A stretch of DNA of 64,000 nt. Origin: Candidatus Latescibacterota bacterium. GTDB taxonomy: Bacteria > Latescibacterota > UBA2968 > GCA-2709665. Each line of letters begins with the position of its first letter. The stretch's first letter is position 1. Position numbers and translations under genes: made by a program. The notes beneath the pieces are model-generated. The model saw only the letters and a list, made by a program, of their open reading frames with translations. It ran no database searches and had not been told where the DNA came from. This document shows, one piece after another, positions 40,672 to 49,884 of this stretch. Location of the stretch: the NCBI GenBank assembly GCA_965248435.1, contig OZ252100.1, positions 4,384,001 through 4,448,000 of the forward strand, in the 5' to 3' direction.

Positions 40672-42810
40672 TCATTCGTCCAGTTTTTCGGCAGGCCTAT
40701 GGCTATAGAGTGCCCTAAGCAAGGAGCTTGCTTGTCGATTATTCGGATCGAGGGAGAGCGTGGCTCTACAAGCGCGGATGGCTTTGTTGAACTGACCGAG
40801 CCGCATATATGCCAGCGCTAGATTCAAATGAATGTCCACGTTGCCAGGCAAAAGCTCATTGGCCTGTAAAAAGCAGGCGGCCGCCTCCTTGTCGAGGCCC
40901 TGCTTTAAGTAAGTTTTCCCAAGGCCGACCTTAAAATCAGCGTCTTCGGGTAGGATCTCCACTGCCTGTTGCATGAGTTTCAGTGCCTGATCATTTTCTG
41001 CCCCCAGGGAATTGAGGGTATCTACCCAGGCCTTCAGTAAAGCAAGCATGTCCTTGTCCTTGCCCCCGAACTCGAGATACTTGCTCATGTGATGCGCCGC
41101 TCTCTTATAGTCGCCTTTGACGCGATAGAGCTGAGTTAGGCCCTTCTGAGGCAGCCGGTAGGTTGGACTATTGGCGACGGCCCTTGAAAAGTATTCGATC
41201 GCCATATCGAATTCCCTCTTGTGGTAGTACAGGGCCCCAATATTGTAAGGCATTCGTTCGTCTAGGGGAGCTTTTGCGTGCCCCCGTATATAGGAAGCCA
41301 GGGCCTCGTCATTAAGCCCTGCCTCTGCGTAAAAGTTCCCTGTAGTCAGGTCTGGCGGGAAGCGTTTATACGATTCGGCCGGATCATCTTCGAGAATTTG
41401 GGAGAGTCTCTCAATCGATTTGTCGCTGCTATTTATCAGAACCCACGGAATCACATTCAGTGCCGAAAACACGATCGTGACAATCCAAACGTGCTGAGTG
41501 CTCGTGTTCGGGAAATAGGGTCTAAGCGTGTTTACAAGTCCGTATGCAGCCATGCTCATAAGCGGCACTGCCACGATACATTGGAGATCCCAGTCCTTAC
41601 TCCCAAGTTTGTAGTTCAGAACAAAAGAGGCGAATAGCATCGTCGCGGAAGTGATGAACAAGAAAACGAGCGTCTTGTCCGGAGCAACGCATCGTCGTAC
41701 CATCACGGCACAGATGAATAGCAACACTGGCCAAAACATGGGCGCACCCAGCATCTGGGCATTGATCCATTCCCAAAGGTGAACGGCAGAGAGAATCGCG
41801 AAGGTACTGTCCTTAGACGGAATCAAAGGCAAAAGATGTCCGCGGCTTGTAATAGGCTCGTAAACCAATCCGGCGCTACAAACCACCACGATGATTCCCA
41901 TCCAAGGCAGTGCGTTTCCGAAGCGCGGATATTTGTCTGCGAGATGTGAGCACCAGAGGTATACCAGGGCGGGAAGGCAAGCCGCCATTAGGGAATGCAT
42001 CGTTACACCGGCAACAACCCAGAGCGTTGGCCACCAAACGGATCCCTTCCCGCTGAGGTGAAACGATGTGGATAGAATAAATCCGATAAGGAACACAGGA
42101 AGTGGCGCGTATGCTTCGATGTACCCGAAAAAGAGCTGAATCGGGCCTATTAGTATCAAACAACCCGCTGCTACACCCTTTTCAGCCCAGCTGTTTCCAA
42201 CGTGATTGGCCCATAGACAGGTGAGCCAGACGTAGATCCCGCCCCAAATCGTACTGAATACTTGAACGCTGAAGACTGCATCCTTCCCCCAGAGCTTGAA
42301 AAGTCGGTAGAGCCCGATCTGTAGGGCCACAGCACCCCAGCCCTCGGATCCGATTATCCCGTTTTCAACATCACCTACTCTTACATATCCATCGCCCAAA
42401 AAACCATACTTCTGGCGAAAGGCCCAGAACACGATCCAGCTTAAGACCACTGCCACAAAAAATAGCAAATTTTGTGGTTTCCTTGCCAAATCTGTTGGGA
42501 CTGACGGTACCCAATTGAACCACGTGCGATACACCAGCCGGTTCAACTGAGGAACCACTGCAATGGCCGCAACACAATAGGCCAGCGCTGCCATCCAGTT
42601 CGGGTAGAACAGATAGAAGTGGAATCCCCAGTTGCGACGTAGAAAACCCCATCCGTCAGGAACGAGACCCGGTATCACATAGACCGCAAAAAAGTGAAGA
42701 ATCATCAAAGCGGTCGCTGCAACCACTATGATGATTCTAAGGAGTGGATTTGATTCTTTCACTGTGTCATTCCTTGTATAATCCAGATCGCAACCCCTCG
42801 CCTGGACCAC
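40672..42810 (-). CDS. Polytopic membrane protein (GT-C-like) with C-terminal TPR repeats
   Basis: Many TM segments, FLGDG, FFGYIE.Y, KDWDL, TPR consensus at C-terminus. Confidence 0.8.
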   Translation of the reverse strand: MVQARGCDLDYTRNDTVKESNPLLRIIIVVAATALMILHFFAVYVIPGLVPDGWGFLRRNWGFHFYLFYPNWMAALAYCVAAIAVVPQLNRLVYRTWFNWVPSVPTDLARKPQNLLFFVAVVLSWIVFWAFRQKYGFLGDGYVRVGDVENGIIGSEGWGAVALQIGLYRLFKLWGKDAVFSVQVFSTIWGGIYVWLTCLWANHVGNSWAEKGVAAGCLILIGPIQLFFGYIEAYAPLPVFLIGFILSTSFHLSGKGSVWWPTLWVVAGVTMHSLMAACLPALVYLWCSHLADKYPRFGNALPWMGIIVVVCSAGLVYEPITSRGHLLPLIPSKDSTFAILSAVHLWEWINAQMLGAPMFWPVLLFICAVMVRRCVAPDKTLVFLFITSATMLFASFVLNYKLGSKDWDLQCIVAVPLMSMAAYGLVNTLRPYFPNTSTQHVWIVTIVFSALNVIPWVLINSSDKSIERLSQILEDDPAESYKRFPPDLTTGNFYAEAGLNDEALASYIRGHAKAPLDERMPYNIGALYYHKREFDMAIEYFSRAVANSPTYRLPQKGLTQLYRVKGDYKRAAHHMSKYLEFGGKDKDMLALLKAWVDTLNSLGAENDQALKLMQQAVEILPEDADFKVGLGKTYLKQGLDKEAAACFLQANELLPGNVDIHLNLALAYMRLGQFNKAIRACRATLSLDPNNRQASSLLRALYSHRPAEKLDE

Positions 42811-42841
42811 ATGCCCTTATAGCCTACCAGTCGGGACAAGT

Positions 42842-43639
42842 CTACCTTCCTTTGAACCGCGGTTCCCTCTTTTCCTTGAACGCCCTGGCCCCTTCCTGCC
42901 TGTCCTCCGTCGCCTGGATAAGAAGAAAGAGATCTCGTTCGTGGCGCAGGCCTTGAGCGAGGCCCATCTCAAAGCCTTCATCAATGGCAGTCTTTGCCAG
43001 TTGCACTGCCAGGGGAGCAGCGGTCTTGATCTCGTCGGCCAGCTTTTTGGCCTCGCTCATTAAGTCTTCCTGAGCCACGACTCGGTTAATCAGACCGATT
43101 CGATACGCCTCATCAGTATCGATGATCCGCCCCGTAAAGATGAGCTCCTTAGCCCGCCCTATCCCTATAAGCCTGGGCAGTCTTTGAGTTCCTCCCATAC
43201 CAGGGAATATTCCGATCTTGACTTCAGGTTGTCCGAACTTGGCCTTGTCTGAAGCTATTCTCAGATCGCAACAGAGTGCCAGCTCCAGCCCGGCCCCCAA
43301 TGCAAAGCCGTTAATCGCAACGATCGTAGGCTTTTGGAACCCAGCAACGACTTCTGAATACTGCCAGGCTTCAGAATCGCGCCTTCGCAACGCCAGATCC
43401 TGATCTAGATCCTCAGCCAGAAAATACTCCTCAATGTCCGCGCCTGACGAGAAAGCTTTCTCCCCAGAACCTGTCAGGATGGCCACCTGAACTTCAGGGT
43501 CGGTCCCCATTCGAGTGAAGGCATCGATCAATTCGTCGCCCATTCGCCGATTCTGCGCGTTCAACTTGCCCGGTCGGTTTAACGTTACGTACCCGATATT
43601 CTCTCTAACTTCGAACAGGATCGTTTTGTATGGAGTCAT
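42842..43639 (-). CDS. Enoyl-CoA hydratase/isomerase
   Basis: LNRP.KLNA, FSSGADI, GAGLEL, PEV.IG, GGTQRL; start moved to MTPYK. Confidence 0.92.
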   Translation of the reverse strand: MTPYKTILFEVRENIGYVTLNRPGKLNAQNRRMGDELIDAFTRMGTDPEVQVAILTGSGEKAFSSGADIEEYFLAEDLDQDLALRRRDSEAWQYSEVVAGFQKPTIVAINGFALGAGLELALCCDLRIASDKAKFGQPEVKIGIFPGMGGTQRLPRLIGIGRAKELIFTGRIIDTDEAYRIGLINRVVAQEDLMSEAKKLADEIKTAAPLAVQLAKTAIDEGFEMGLAQGLRHERDLFLLIQATEDRQEGARAFKEKREPRFKGR

Positions 43640-43938
43640 CGTTTCCTCGATGTCGTTAGATGAAGAAGCACAACGGGGATTCCGGCGGCAACCGTTGTCT
43701 GACCTGCCGATTGATCGGTGGGATCTCAACTGTTACATCATCTATAAACCGCGGTTTCGGCTTTAGACCGGGAGGAATTCTAGCACGTAACAGTATGGCT
43801 GTCAAACAGATTCACACCACTATTCAACGTTGTAGTCGTCCGTTATTAGATTGGATATATTCTGGGTTGAACCATCATATACATACTGACTTGCCAAGAG
43901 TTTCCTGATATTGGCTGCGTGTAAAAGGTGTGTGTCGA

Positions 43939-44177
43939 TGGGGCCGCCAAAGGCGCATTTTACCACGACGGAGGGAGGCGCAGCCATCAACGAGCAGTTC
44001 CAGGTGCTGGACAAGGACGACCGCCCCGTACCCTGGCTGTATGCCGTGGGACAGAACGGCCTGGGCGGGCAGGTGTTGTGGGGTCACGGGCTGCACATCG
44101 CGTGGGCGATGACGAGCGGACGGCTGGTGGGTGCGCTGCTTGGTCTCGGAGGTGCGGGTGACAAGGGTGTGAGGTAG
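43939..44177 (+). pseudogene. Orphan 3' fragment of the FAD oxidoreductase gene at 37742-39253
   Basis: About 91% nt identity (19 mismatches in 204 nt, hand count) to 39009-39212. Confidence 0.9.
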
Positions 44178-44266
44178 CAGATTCGTGTTGGTGGGGCAGA
44201 GGTCAAAAAGAGAGATGTTCATAGAACTTGATCGGGTTAGAAATGGTCTAGTCTGATCGTCGGACG

Positions 44267-46513
44267 TTGATGTTGTGGTTGCCGCCTGTGTTGCTTGGAG
44301 GTGTGCTCAGGTTCTGGGGGATCTCCTTTGGTCTTCCCGGGAACACCCTGCGCCCCGACGAGGATATGGTGGTCTACCCCGCTCTAGCCATGATCGGCGG
44401 CGACATGGACCCCCGCGACTACACCTACCCCACATTCTATAAATATCTCCTGGCCCTGATCTTCAGAGTGTGCATGGCATTGGGAGTAGGCACGGGACAG
44501 GTAGAAGCGGCCTGGCAGTATGCGGCATACGGGTTCTTCGTAGATGGATCGCTGTTCTTCTATCTGGCCAGGAGCGTCACGGCGGCACTAGGCACCCTGA
44601 CGGTGTATACGGTGTTTAGACTAGGGAGCGACGCCTATGGGAAGTGGGTGGGAATTGTAGGCGCGTTATTTTTGAGTGTGAGTGTGCTCCACGTTCGTGA
44701 TTCGCATTTTGGCGTGACGGATGTGCCATCAGTCAGTTTTCTGTTGTTGTCGATGGTTTATGTGGTGCGTGTCGTGCTGAGAGGAGGGGTTCGGGAGTAC
44801 TTGCTGTGTGGTGTTTTCCTCGGATTGGGAGCGTCGACGAAGTATGGAGGGGTGTTGGGTGTTGTGCCTTTAGGCGTCGCGCATCTGAGCCGAAAGCCGA
44901 AAGATGTGGCGCTGTTTCGGTGGGTTCTTGGTCGGGACTTGTGGATTGCGCTGGGAGTATGTGCTTTGGTGTTCGCGGTGACGTCTCCTTATCTCCTGTT
45001 GAATGTGCGTGGTTTCATTCAGGATTTTGGCTTTCAGATGCTTCATCTGTTCGAGTATGGGCACGGTGAAGATCTGGGCAGGGGATGGACGTATCATCCT
45101 CGTGTGTCATTACGGTATGGGATGGGTCTTGTGCTGTTGTTCTTTAGCGTTTCAGGTGTAGCCTTCAGTTGCGTGAGGCGAGAAAAGGTAGACTGGGTAC
45201 TGCTGAGCTATGTGGCTGTCTACTATGCCATTCCCGGTCAGGGCAAGACGGTGTTCTTCAGGTATGTGCTGCCGCTGGTTCCTGTGTTGTGCGTACTGGC
45301 CGGGCGGTTCGTCGTGTGGGCTGCAAATTATAGTATTCTCTCAAGGGGGTATCGCCTTGCGGTCTGCAGTGTCATCGTAATTGTGGGGATGGCGGAGCCG
45401 CTGTGGTCCTGTGTTCGGCTGAACGTGCTGTTCAGCCGGGAAGACACGCGGGTGCTGGCCAGGCAGTGGATCGAAGACCACATCCCAGAGGGACAGAAAA
45501 TTGCCAATGTCGGCGGCATTTACGGGGATGTACAACTAAAGATCCGGCATGGTGTAACCTGGTGGCTATGGCGCTATTTCAACTTCTTTAAAGATCTACC
45601 AGAGCCCATGTTGGCCGACCACCTGACGCGCTACGAAATAGAGATCCCACCCTTCTACGTGTACACGAACATCATCGGTAATCGCAATCTCGGGGCTGGA
45701 TCTCAGGGCCTACTCGAGGTCCTCGAGAATGACGAGGTTGCCTATGTGGTTACTCACCAACATCCCCTGCCTTCTTCCATGGTCAATCCAGAGTTCCTGA
45801 GAGAATTGGAGCGGCGGGCGACGCTGATGTTGACTTTCTCACCGGGTGACTGGGAGGACCTGCAAGGGGCTGTCTATGACCTGCAAGATGCCTTCTATGC
45901 GCCGATTTCAGGCTTTGGAGGATTAGTTCGGACGGGGCCGGTGGTGAAGATCTGGCGTATCGAAGGCAGAGTGGGGTATGTTTTCCGGAAGCCGGGAGGG
46001 ATTCACCGCTTGTTTGCGGAGAACTATATGTGGCTGGGGAATAGCGAGGTGATGAGAGACAATCTGGAAGTCGCAGAGTCGAATTATAAACGGTCTCTGA
46101 GGTTTTATCCGGATCTGGCTCGAGCGCGAATATTTTTGGGTTTGGTATATTTAGTACAGAGTCGCTTTCAGGATGCAAGGCGCGAGATCAAAAGAGCCAT
46201 TGACGAAGGCTTTCCACCGAGGCAGATAGAAAGCACCCTATTCTGGGAGCGGACGAGGAGTGGGGAGCTGTATTCAAAACTGGGGGTGTTGTGGACGATG
46301 CTGAAGGACCATCCGTCTGCGGCGTCGGCTTATATTCGGTCCATTTCTCTGGGCTATCAGCAGCCGGAGGTTTACAATAACCTCGGAGTGGTCTATTTCG
46401 CCATGGAGAAATACGAAGAGGCTGGAGAGGTATTTCGGAAGGCGCTGGAATTAGATCCTGATTATGCCGATGCGAAACACAATCTAGAGCGGTTGACGGC
46501 TCGTGAGAAATGA
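44267..46513 (+). CDS. ArnT/PMT (GT39/GT83-like) glycosyltransferase with C-terminal TPRs
   Basis: RPDE, SHF..TD, TKY, RY.LP, TPR motif NNLGVVY. Confidence 0.85.
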   Translation: MMLWLPPVLLGGVLRFWGISFGLPGNTLRPDEDMVVYPALAMIGGDMDPRDYTYPTFYKYLLALIFRVCMALGVGTGQVEAAWQYAAYGFFVDGSLFFYLARSVTAALGTLTVYTVFRLGSDAYGKWVGIVGALFLSVSVLHVRDSHFGVTDVPSVSFLLLSMVYVVRVVLRGGVREYLLCGVFLGLGASTKYGGVLGVVPLGVAHLSRKPKDVALFRWVLGRDLWIALGVCALVFAVTSPYLLLNVRGFIQDFGFQMLHLFEYGHGEDLGRGWTYHPRVSLRYGMGLVLLFFSVSGVAFSCVRREKVDWVLLSYVAVYYAIPGQGKTVFFRYVLPLVPVLCVLAGRFVVWAANYSILSRGYRLAVCSVIVIVGMAEPLWSCVRLNVLFSREDTRVLARQWIEDHIPEGQKIANVGGIYGDVQLKIRHGVTWWLWRYFNFFKDLPEPMLADHLTRYEIEIPPFYVYTNIIGNRNLGAGSQGLLEVLENDEVAYVVTHQHPLPSSMVNPEFLRELERRATLMLTFSPGDWEDLQGAVYDLQDAFYAPISGFGGLVRTGPVVKIWRIEGRVGYVFRKPGGIHRLFAENYMWLGNSEVMRDNLEVAESNYKRSLRFYPDLARARIFLGLVYLVQSRFQDARREIKRAIDEGFPPRQIESTLFWERTRSGELYSKLGVLWTMLKDHPSAASAYIRSISLGYQQPEVYNNLGVVYFAMEKYEEAGEVFRKALELDPDYADAKHNLERLTAREK

Positions 46514-46655
46514 CATCCCTACGGCTCACTGTTCGGTCAGGGGTTGGGTGAGGCTCTTCGTGTCGACCAAACCTGCCTTGGTCAAATTGCATCGACGTAG
46601 AGAACGCAGACAATTCTAACGCGAAAATAGCCGGTCCATCCATCGGAGGCAAACC

Positions 46656-47933
46656 ATGCCCGAACTGAAGCCTGAAGCCTACATTGAAGGGAAACCCCTT
46701 CGCCCCGAAAGTTTGATGATGAGCTACGGGTATCAGCCAAGTTTGTCGGAAGGAGCCGTGAAGTGCCCGATTTTTCAGACCTCGACCTTCGTCTTCAAGA
46801 CTGCGGAGGAGGGAAAGGCCTTCTTCGAGCTCGCCCTCGGGATGCGGGAAAAGGGGTTTGAAGAAAAGATCGGCCTCATCTACAGCCGAATCAACAACCC
46901 CGACCTCGAGATACTCGAGGACCGGCTCACCCTCTGGGACGGCGCTGACGCCTGTGCTGTTTTCGAGAGCGGAATGGCCGCCATCAGCACAATGTTTCTG
47001 CAGCTCCTGCGGCCGGGAGATCTATTGCTGCACAGCGAACCCCTGTACGGTGGGACCGACTACTTTATAAAGCGTGTCCTGACCCAGTTCGGAATCCGGT
47101 CTCTCGGCTTCAAAGCAGGCAGCGGGTATGATGAGATCGAAGCCATACTTTCAAAGTCAGGATTATCTGACCGTCTCGCCATGATCTTTGTCGAAACACC
47201 GGCCAATCCTACGAACGAGATTGTGGACATCCGCACGTGCGCCGAGATCGCGGCCAATCAAGCTTCGTCAGACCGGCGCGTGGTCCTCGCCGTCGACAAC
47301 ACCTTTCTGGGCCCCCTCTGGCAGCACCCCCTAGAACACGGCGCCGATCTCGTTCTCTACTCGGCAACGAAATACATCGGCGGGCACAGCGATCTGATCG
47401 CGGGTGTATGCCTTGGGTCCGAGGAGTTGATGGAGCGGGTGAGGACCCTCAGGAGCTTTATGGGAACGATGGCCGGACCTTGGACGGGCTGGCTGCTGCT
47501 CCGGAGCTTGGAGACCTTGAAACTGAGAATGACATGCCAGATGAAGAACGCTCGGTACGTCGCTGATTTCCTTGCCGATCACCCGAAGGTCGAGCGCATT
47601 TACTACCTTGGACATCTCACCGAAAGTGACCCGCAGCACGAGCTCTATCGCCGGCAATGCCTGGCGCCTGGAGCCATGATCTCCTTTGACATCGTAGGCG
47701 GAGAGGCGGAGGCCTTCCGCTTTCTGAATGCCCTTCAGCTCGTCAAGCTGGCGGTGAGCCTGGGCGGCACCGAGTCGCTTGCGGAGCATCCCGCGACCAT
47801 GACTCACGCAGATGTGGATCCTGAGGATCGGACCCATATGGGAATCAGCGAGAAGATGATTCGCCTTTCTGTCGGAGTTGAGAACCCGGAGGACATGGTC
47901 ACCGACCTGGATCAGGCCCTGGCGGCCGTTTAG
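46656..47933 (+). CDS. Cys/Met metabolism PLP enzyme (cystathionine gamma-synthase / methionine gamma-lyase family)
   Basis: YSR..NP, SGMAAI, ETPANP, DNTF, SATKYIGGHSD, SLGGTESL. Confidence 0.93.
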   Translation: MPELKPEAYIEGKPLRPESLMMSYGYQPSLSEGAVKCPIFQTSTFVFKTAEEGKAFFELALGMREKGFEEKIGLIYSRINNPDLEILEDRLTLWDGADACAVFESGMAAISTMFLQLLRPGDLLLHSEPLYGGTDYFIKRVLTQFGIRSLGFKAGSGYDEIEAILSKSGLSDRLAMIFVETPANPTNEIVDIRTCAEIAANQASSDRRVVLAVDNTFLGPLWQHPLEHGADLVLYSATKYIGGHSDLIAGVCLGSEELMERVRTLRSFMGTMAGPWTGWLLLRSLETLKLRMTCQMKNARYVADFLADHPKVERIYYLGHLTESDPQHELYRRQCLAPGAMISFDIVGGEAEAFRFLNALQLVKLAVSLGGTESLAEHPATMTHADVDPEDRTHMGISEKMIRLSVGVENPEDMVTDLDQALAAV

Positions 47934-47982
47934 GCGGGTTGGATCGAGTAGAAGGGCGCTGTTTGGTTTTCAGGTACACGAC

Positions 47983-48011
47983 AAAGACCCCGTGAGTAGT
48001 ACGGGGTCTTT
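47983..48011. terminator. Bidirectional intrinsic terminator
   Basis: AAAGACCCCGT / ACGGGGTCTTT. Confidence 0.75.
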
Positions 48012-48043
48012 CGGATACGAGCTCATTCGATCATCACAGATGG

Positions 48044-48370
48044 TCACGCGTTTCGCTTGCTCTTGATCTCCTTCTTGATGACCTGAATCTGAAGCCGTCG
48101 GTTCAAGTCCTCTTCCCTCTCAGCATCCATTCGGAGGTCCGAGACCCGCTTTCGGAGATCTGAGATCAGCGCTTTAAGGGGTGGAATTCTTTCGTTGATT
48201 TCGTCCCGTATACCGGCCTCAGAGTCGGCCTCTTCTTCCAGATCGCCCGCTTCATTACCGAAGCGGGCGATTATAGGACTGATTTCGAGCGTATAGTTCG
48301 TGTATTCCAGTAAGGTCTTCCCGGCATAGAAGAGTGATCCGAGAATTACCGCAACCAGTATCCATCCCAT
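48044..48370 (-). CDS. TM-anchored coiled-coil protein (paralog P1)
   Basis: MGW + TM + heptad helix; TTGACC-N16-TATACT promoter-like motif at 48463-48436. Confidence 0.75.
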   Translation of the reverse strand: MGWILVAVILGSLFYAGKTLLEYTNYTLEISPIIARFGNEAGDLEEEADSEAGIRDEINERIPPLKALISDLRKRVSDLRMDAEREEDLNRRLQIQVIKKEIKSKRNA

Positions 48371-48676
48371 ATCCTGTTGCCCCCGACGCAAAGGATAGCG
48401 AGTCAGATCAGTTTTGCTTGTAGCAGCCTTCACAAAGTATATGGAAATTCGGATTCTGGTCAAGGCACCCCCGGTTTCTCGTGGAGGGTTGAGGCACAGA
48501 AACCCGGCGAATTCGATTGACAATGGCAGACCGGGGACGTAAGTTTACCGCGATTGTTAGTTCTTATTAAACAATATGATGAAAACCCGGAGGCGCGTTT
48601 CTCGCTGAACAGAATTCCGGGACGATAGATCTCTTTTCGAGCGAGTCGTCCCGGCCGCAGGATCGGAGGACTGAAC

Positions 48677-48973
48677 ATGGTCTGGGTATTCCTGATTCTG
48701 ACGCTTGGGTCCGTCACCTACGCAGCTTACATCGTGGCAGAACACTTCAGGGAGTCGACCCTCCTGGATTCACACATCCAGCGGAACGAGGCCGAAAGGT
48801 CCGAGCTCGAAACCAACGTCAAGGCCTCCGAAGATGAACGGGATATCGTTAAGACGAAAGCAGACCAGGTTGAAGGGGAAGTGCGAGAATTGGAGACGAG
48901 GGAGAACGATCTTCAAACTCGGATCAAAGACAGGAAGAAGGAACTCGAACACAGGGGCAAGTTTCGAATTTGA
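48677..48973 (+). CDS. TM-anchored coiled-coil protein (paralog P2)
   Basis: GGAGGA SD; MVW + TM + heptad helix; TTGACA-N17-TAAGTT at 48517-48545. Confidence 0.8.
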   Translation: MVWVFLILTLGSVTYAAYIVAEHFRESTLLDSHIQRNEAERSELETNVKASEDERDIVKTKADQVEGEVRELETRENDLQTRIKDRKKELEHRGKFRI

Positions 48974-48993
48974 ATCAGCTAGAGGATTGGGCC

Positions 48994-49773
48994 ATGAAAG
49001 CCCTGATTGTGGACGACGAGCCGGCGATACGCCAGGCGCTTGCTGCAATAATGGAACAAGCGGGTTGTGAATCCGTTGATATAGCGTCCAATGGCGAGGA
49101 TGCCCTCAGATCGGCCTTGCAGGCGAAGTATGATCTCGTAACACTCGATATCCGCATGCCAGATGTGAGCGGCGTCGATATTCTTCCGACGATCCGTTCT
49201 ATTTTGCCACACTCGGTCATTGTCATTTTGTCTGCTTACATAGAGGGTATTTCTGAGGTTCATCGCGAGCACGCGGATCTGATCCTCCAAAAACCGTTCA
49301 AGATGGAGAAAATTTCCAGACTCGTGCAACTTGCCAGGGAGATTGCAGAGAAACAGGAACATATCCAGGCTCTCGGCGAGCCGGTCGGGGAACCGCTGCC
49401 GATCGAGTTCGTGGGGATTGCGCGCGAGACAGATAGGTTGGATGAAATCGTCGAGTTTTACCACGACGGGATCGGTCTTGCGGAGGTCGGATCGCAAGAG
49501 CAGACGGATGGAAGTCTGGCCGTCCGGTTTGCAATTCCAGGACAGGAACATCGATTTGATTTCGAGGTTACGGGGCACCGTGGCGAGCGTCCCCAAGCAG
49601 ACCGGATCGTCCTACACGTTGCGCGGGCAGGGATGATCGAAGAGGTCTTGTTTCGACTGGAAGAGATGGGGTATCCAGTGCGCGTGAGGGAGTCGGCGGG
49701 ACGCGAAGGAGCACGCGCAATCGTAGAAGACCCGGATGGGCGGCTCGTTGAATTTGTTACCGCCGGTCTCTGA
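48994..49773 (+). CDS. Receiver domain fused to VOC/glyoxalase (YycE-like) domain
   Basis: IVDDE, LDIRMP, KPF; then IARETDRLDEIVEFY..GIGL and EDPDG..VE. Confidence 0.8.
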   Translation: MKALIVDDEPAIRQALAAIMEQAGCESVDIASNGEDALRSALQAKYDLVTLDIRMPDVSGVDILPTIRSILPHSVIVILSAYIEGISEVHREHADLILQKPFKMEKISRLVQLAREIAEKQEHIQALGEPVGEPLPIEFVGIARETDRLDEIVEFYHDGIGLAEVGSQEQTDGSLAVRFAIPGQEHRFDFEVTGHRGERPQADRIVLHVARAGMIEEVLFRLEEMGYPVRVRESAGREGARAIVEDPDGRLVEFVTAGL

Positions 49774-49802
49774 AGTCTGGATTGCGTGGACAGGCCTGAA
49801 TG

Positions 49803-49831
49803 TTGACAGGGGCTGCCAAATTTACTAAATT
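49803..49831 (+). promoter_or_regulatory. sigma70-like promoter
   Basis: TTGACA-N17-TAAATT. Confidence 0.55.
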
Positions 49832-49884
49832 GCTAATAAATGAAGGACTTGGAGCTCGATCCTGATAGGGGAAGGGACACGCCT

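Noticed and set aside
39009-44142. Diversity-generating retroelement (TR/VR pair; FGE domains are known DGR targets)
   Set aside because: Mismatches between the copies are not adenine-specific, the repeat is not in an FGE gene, and no reverse transcriptase is present.
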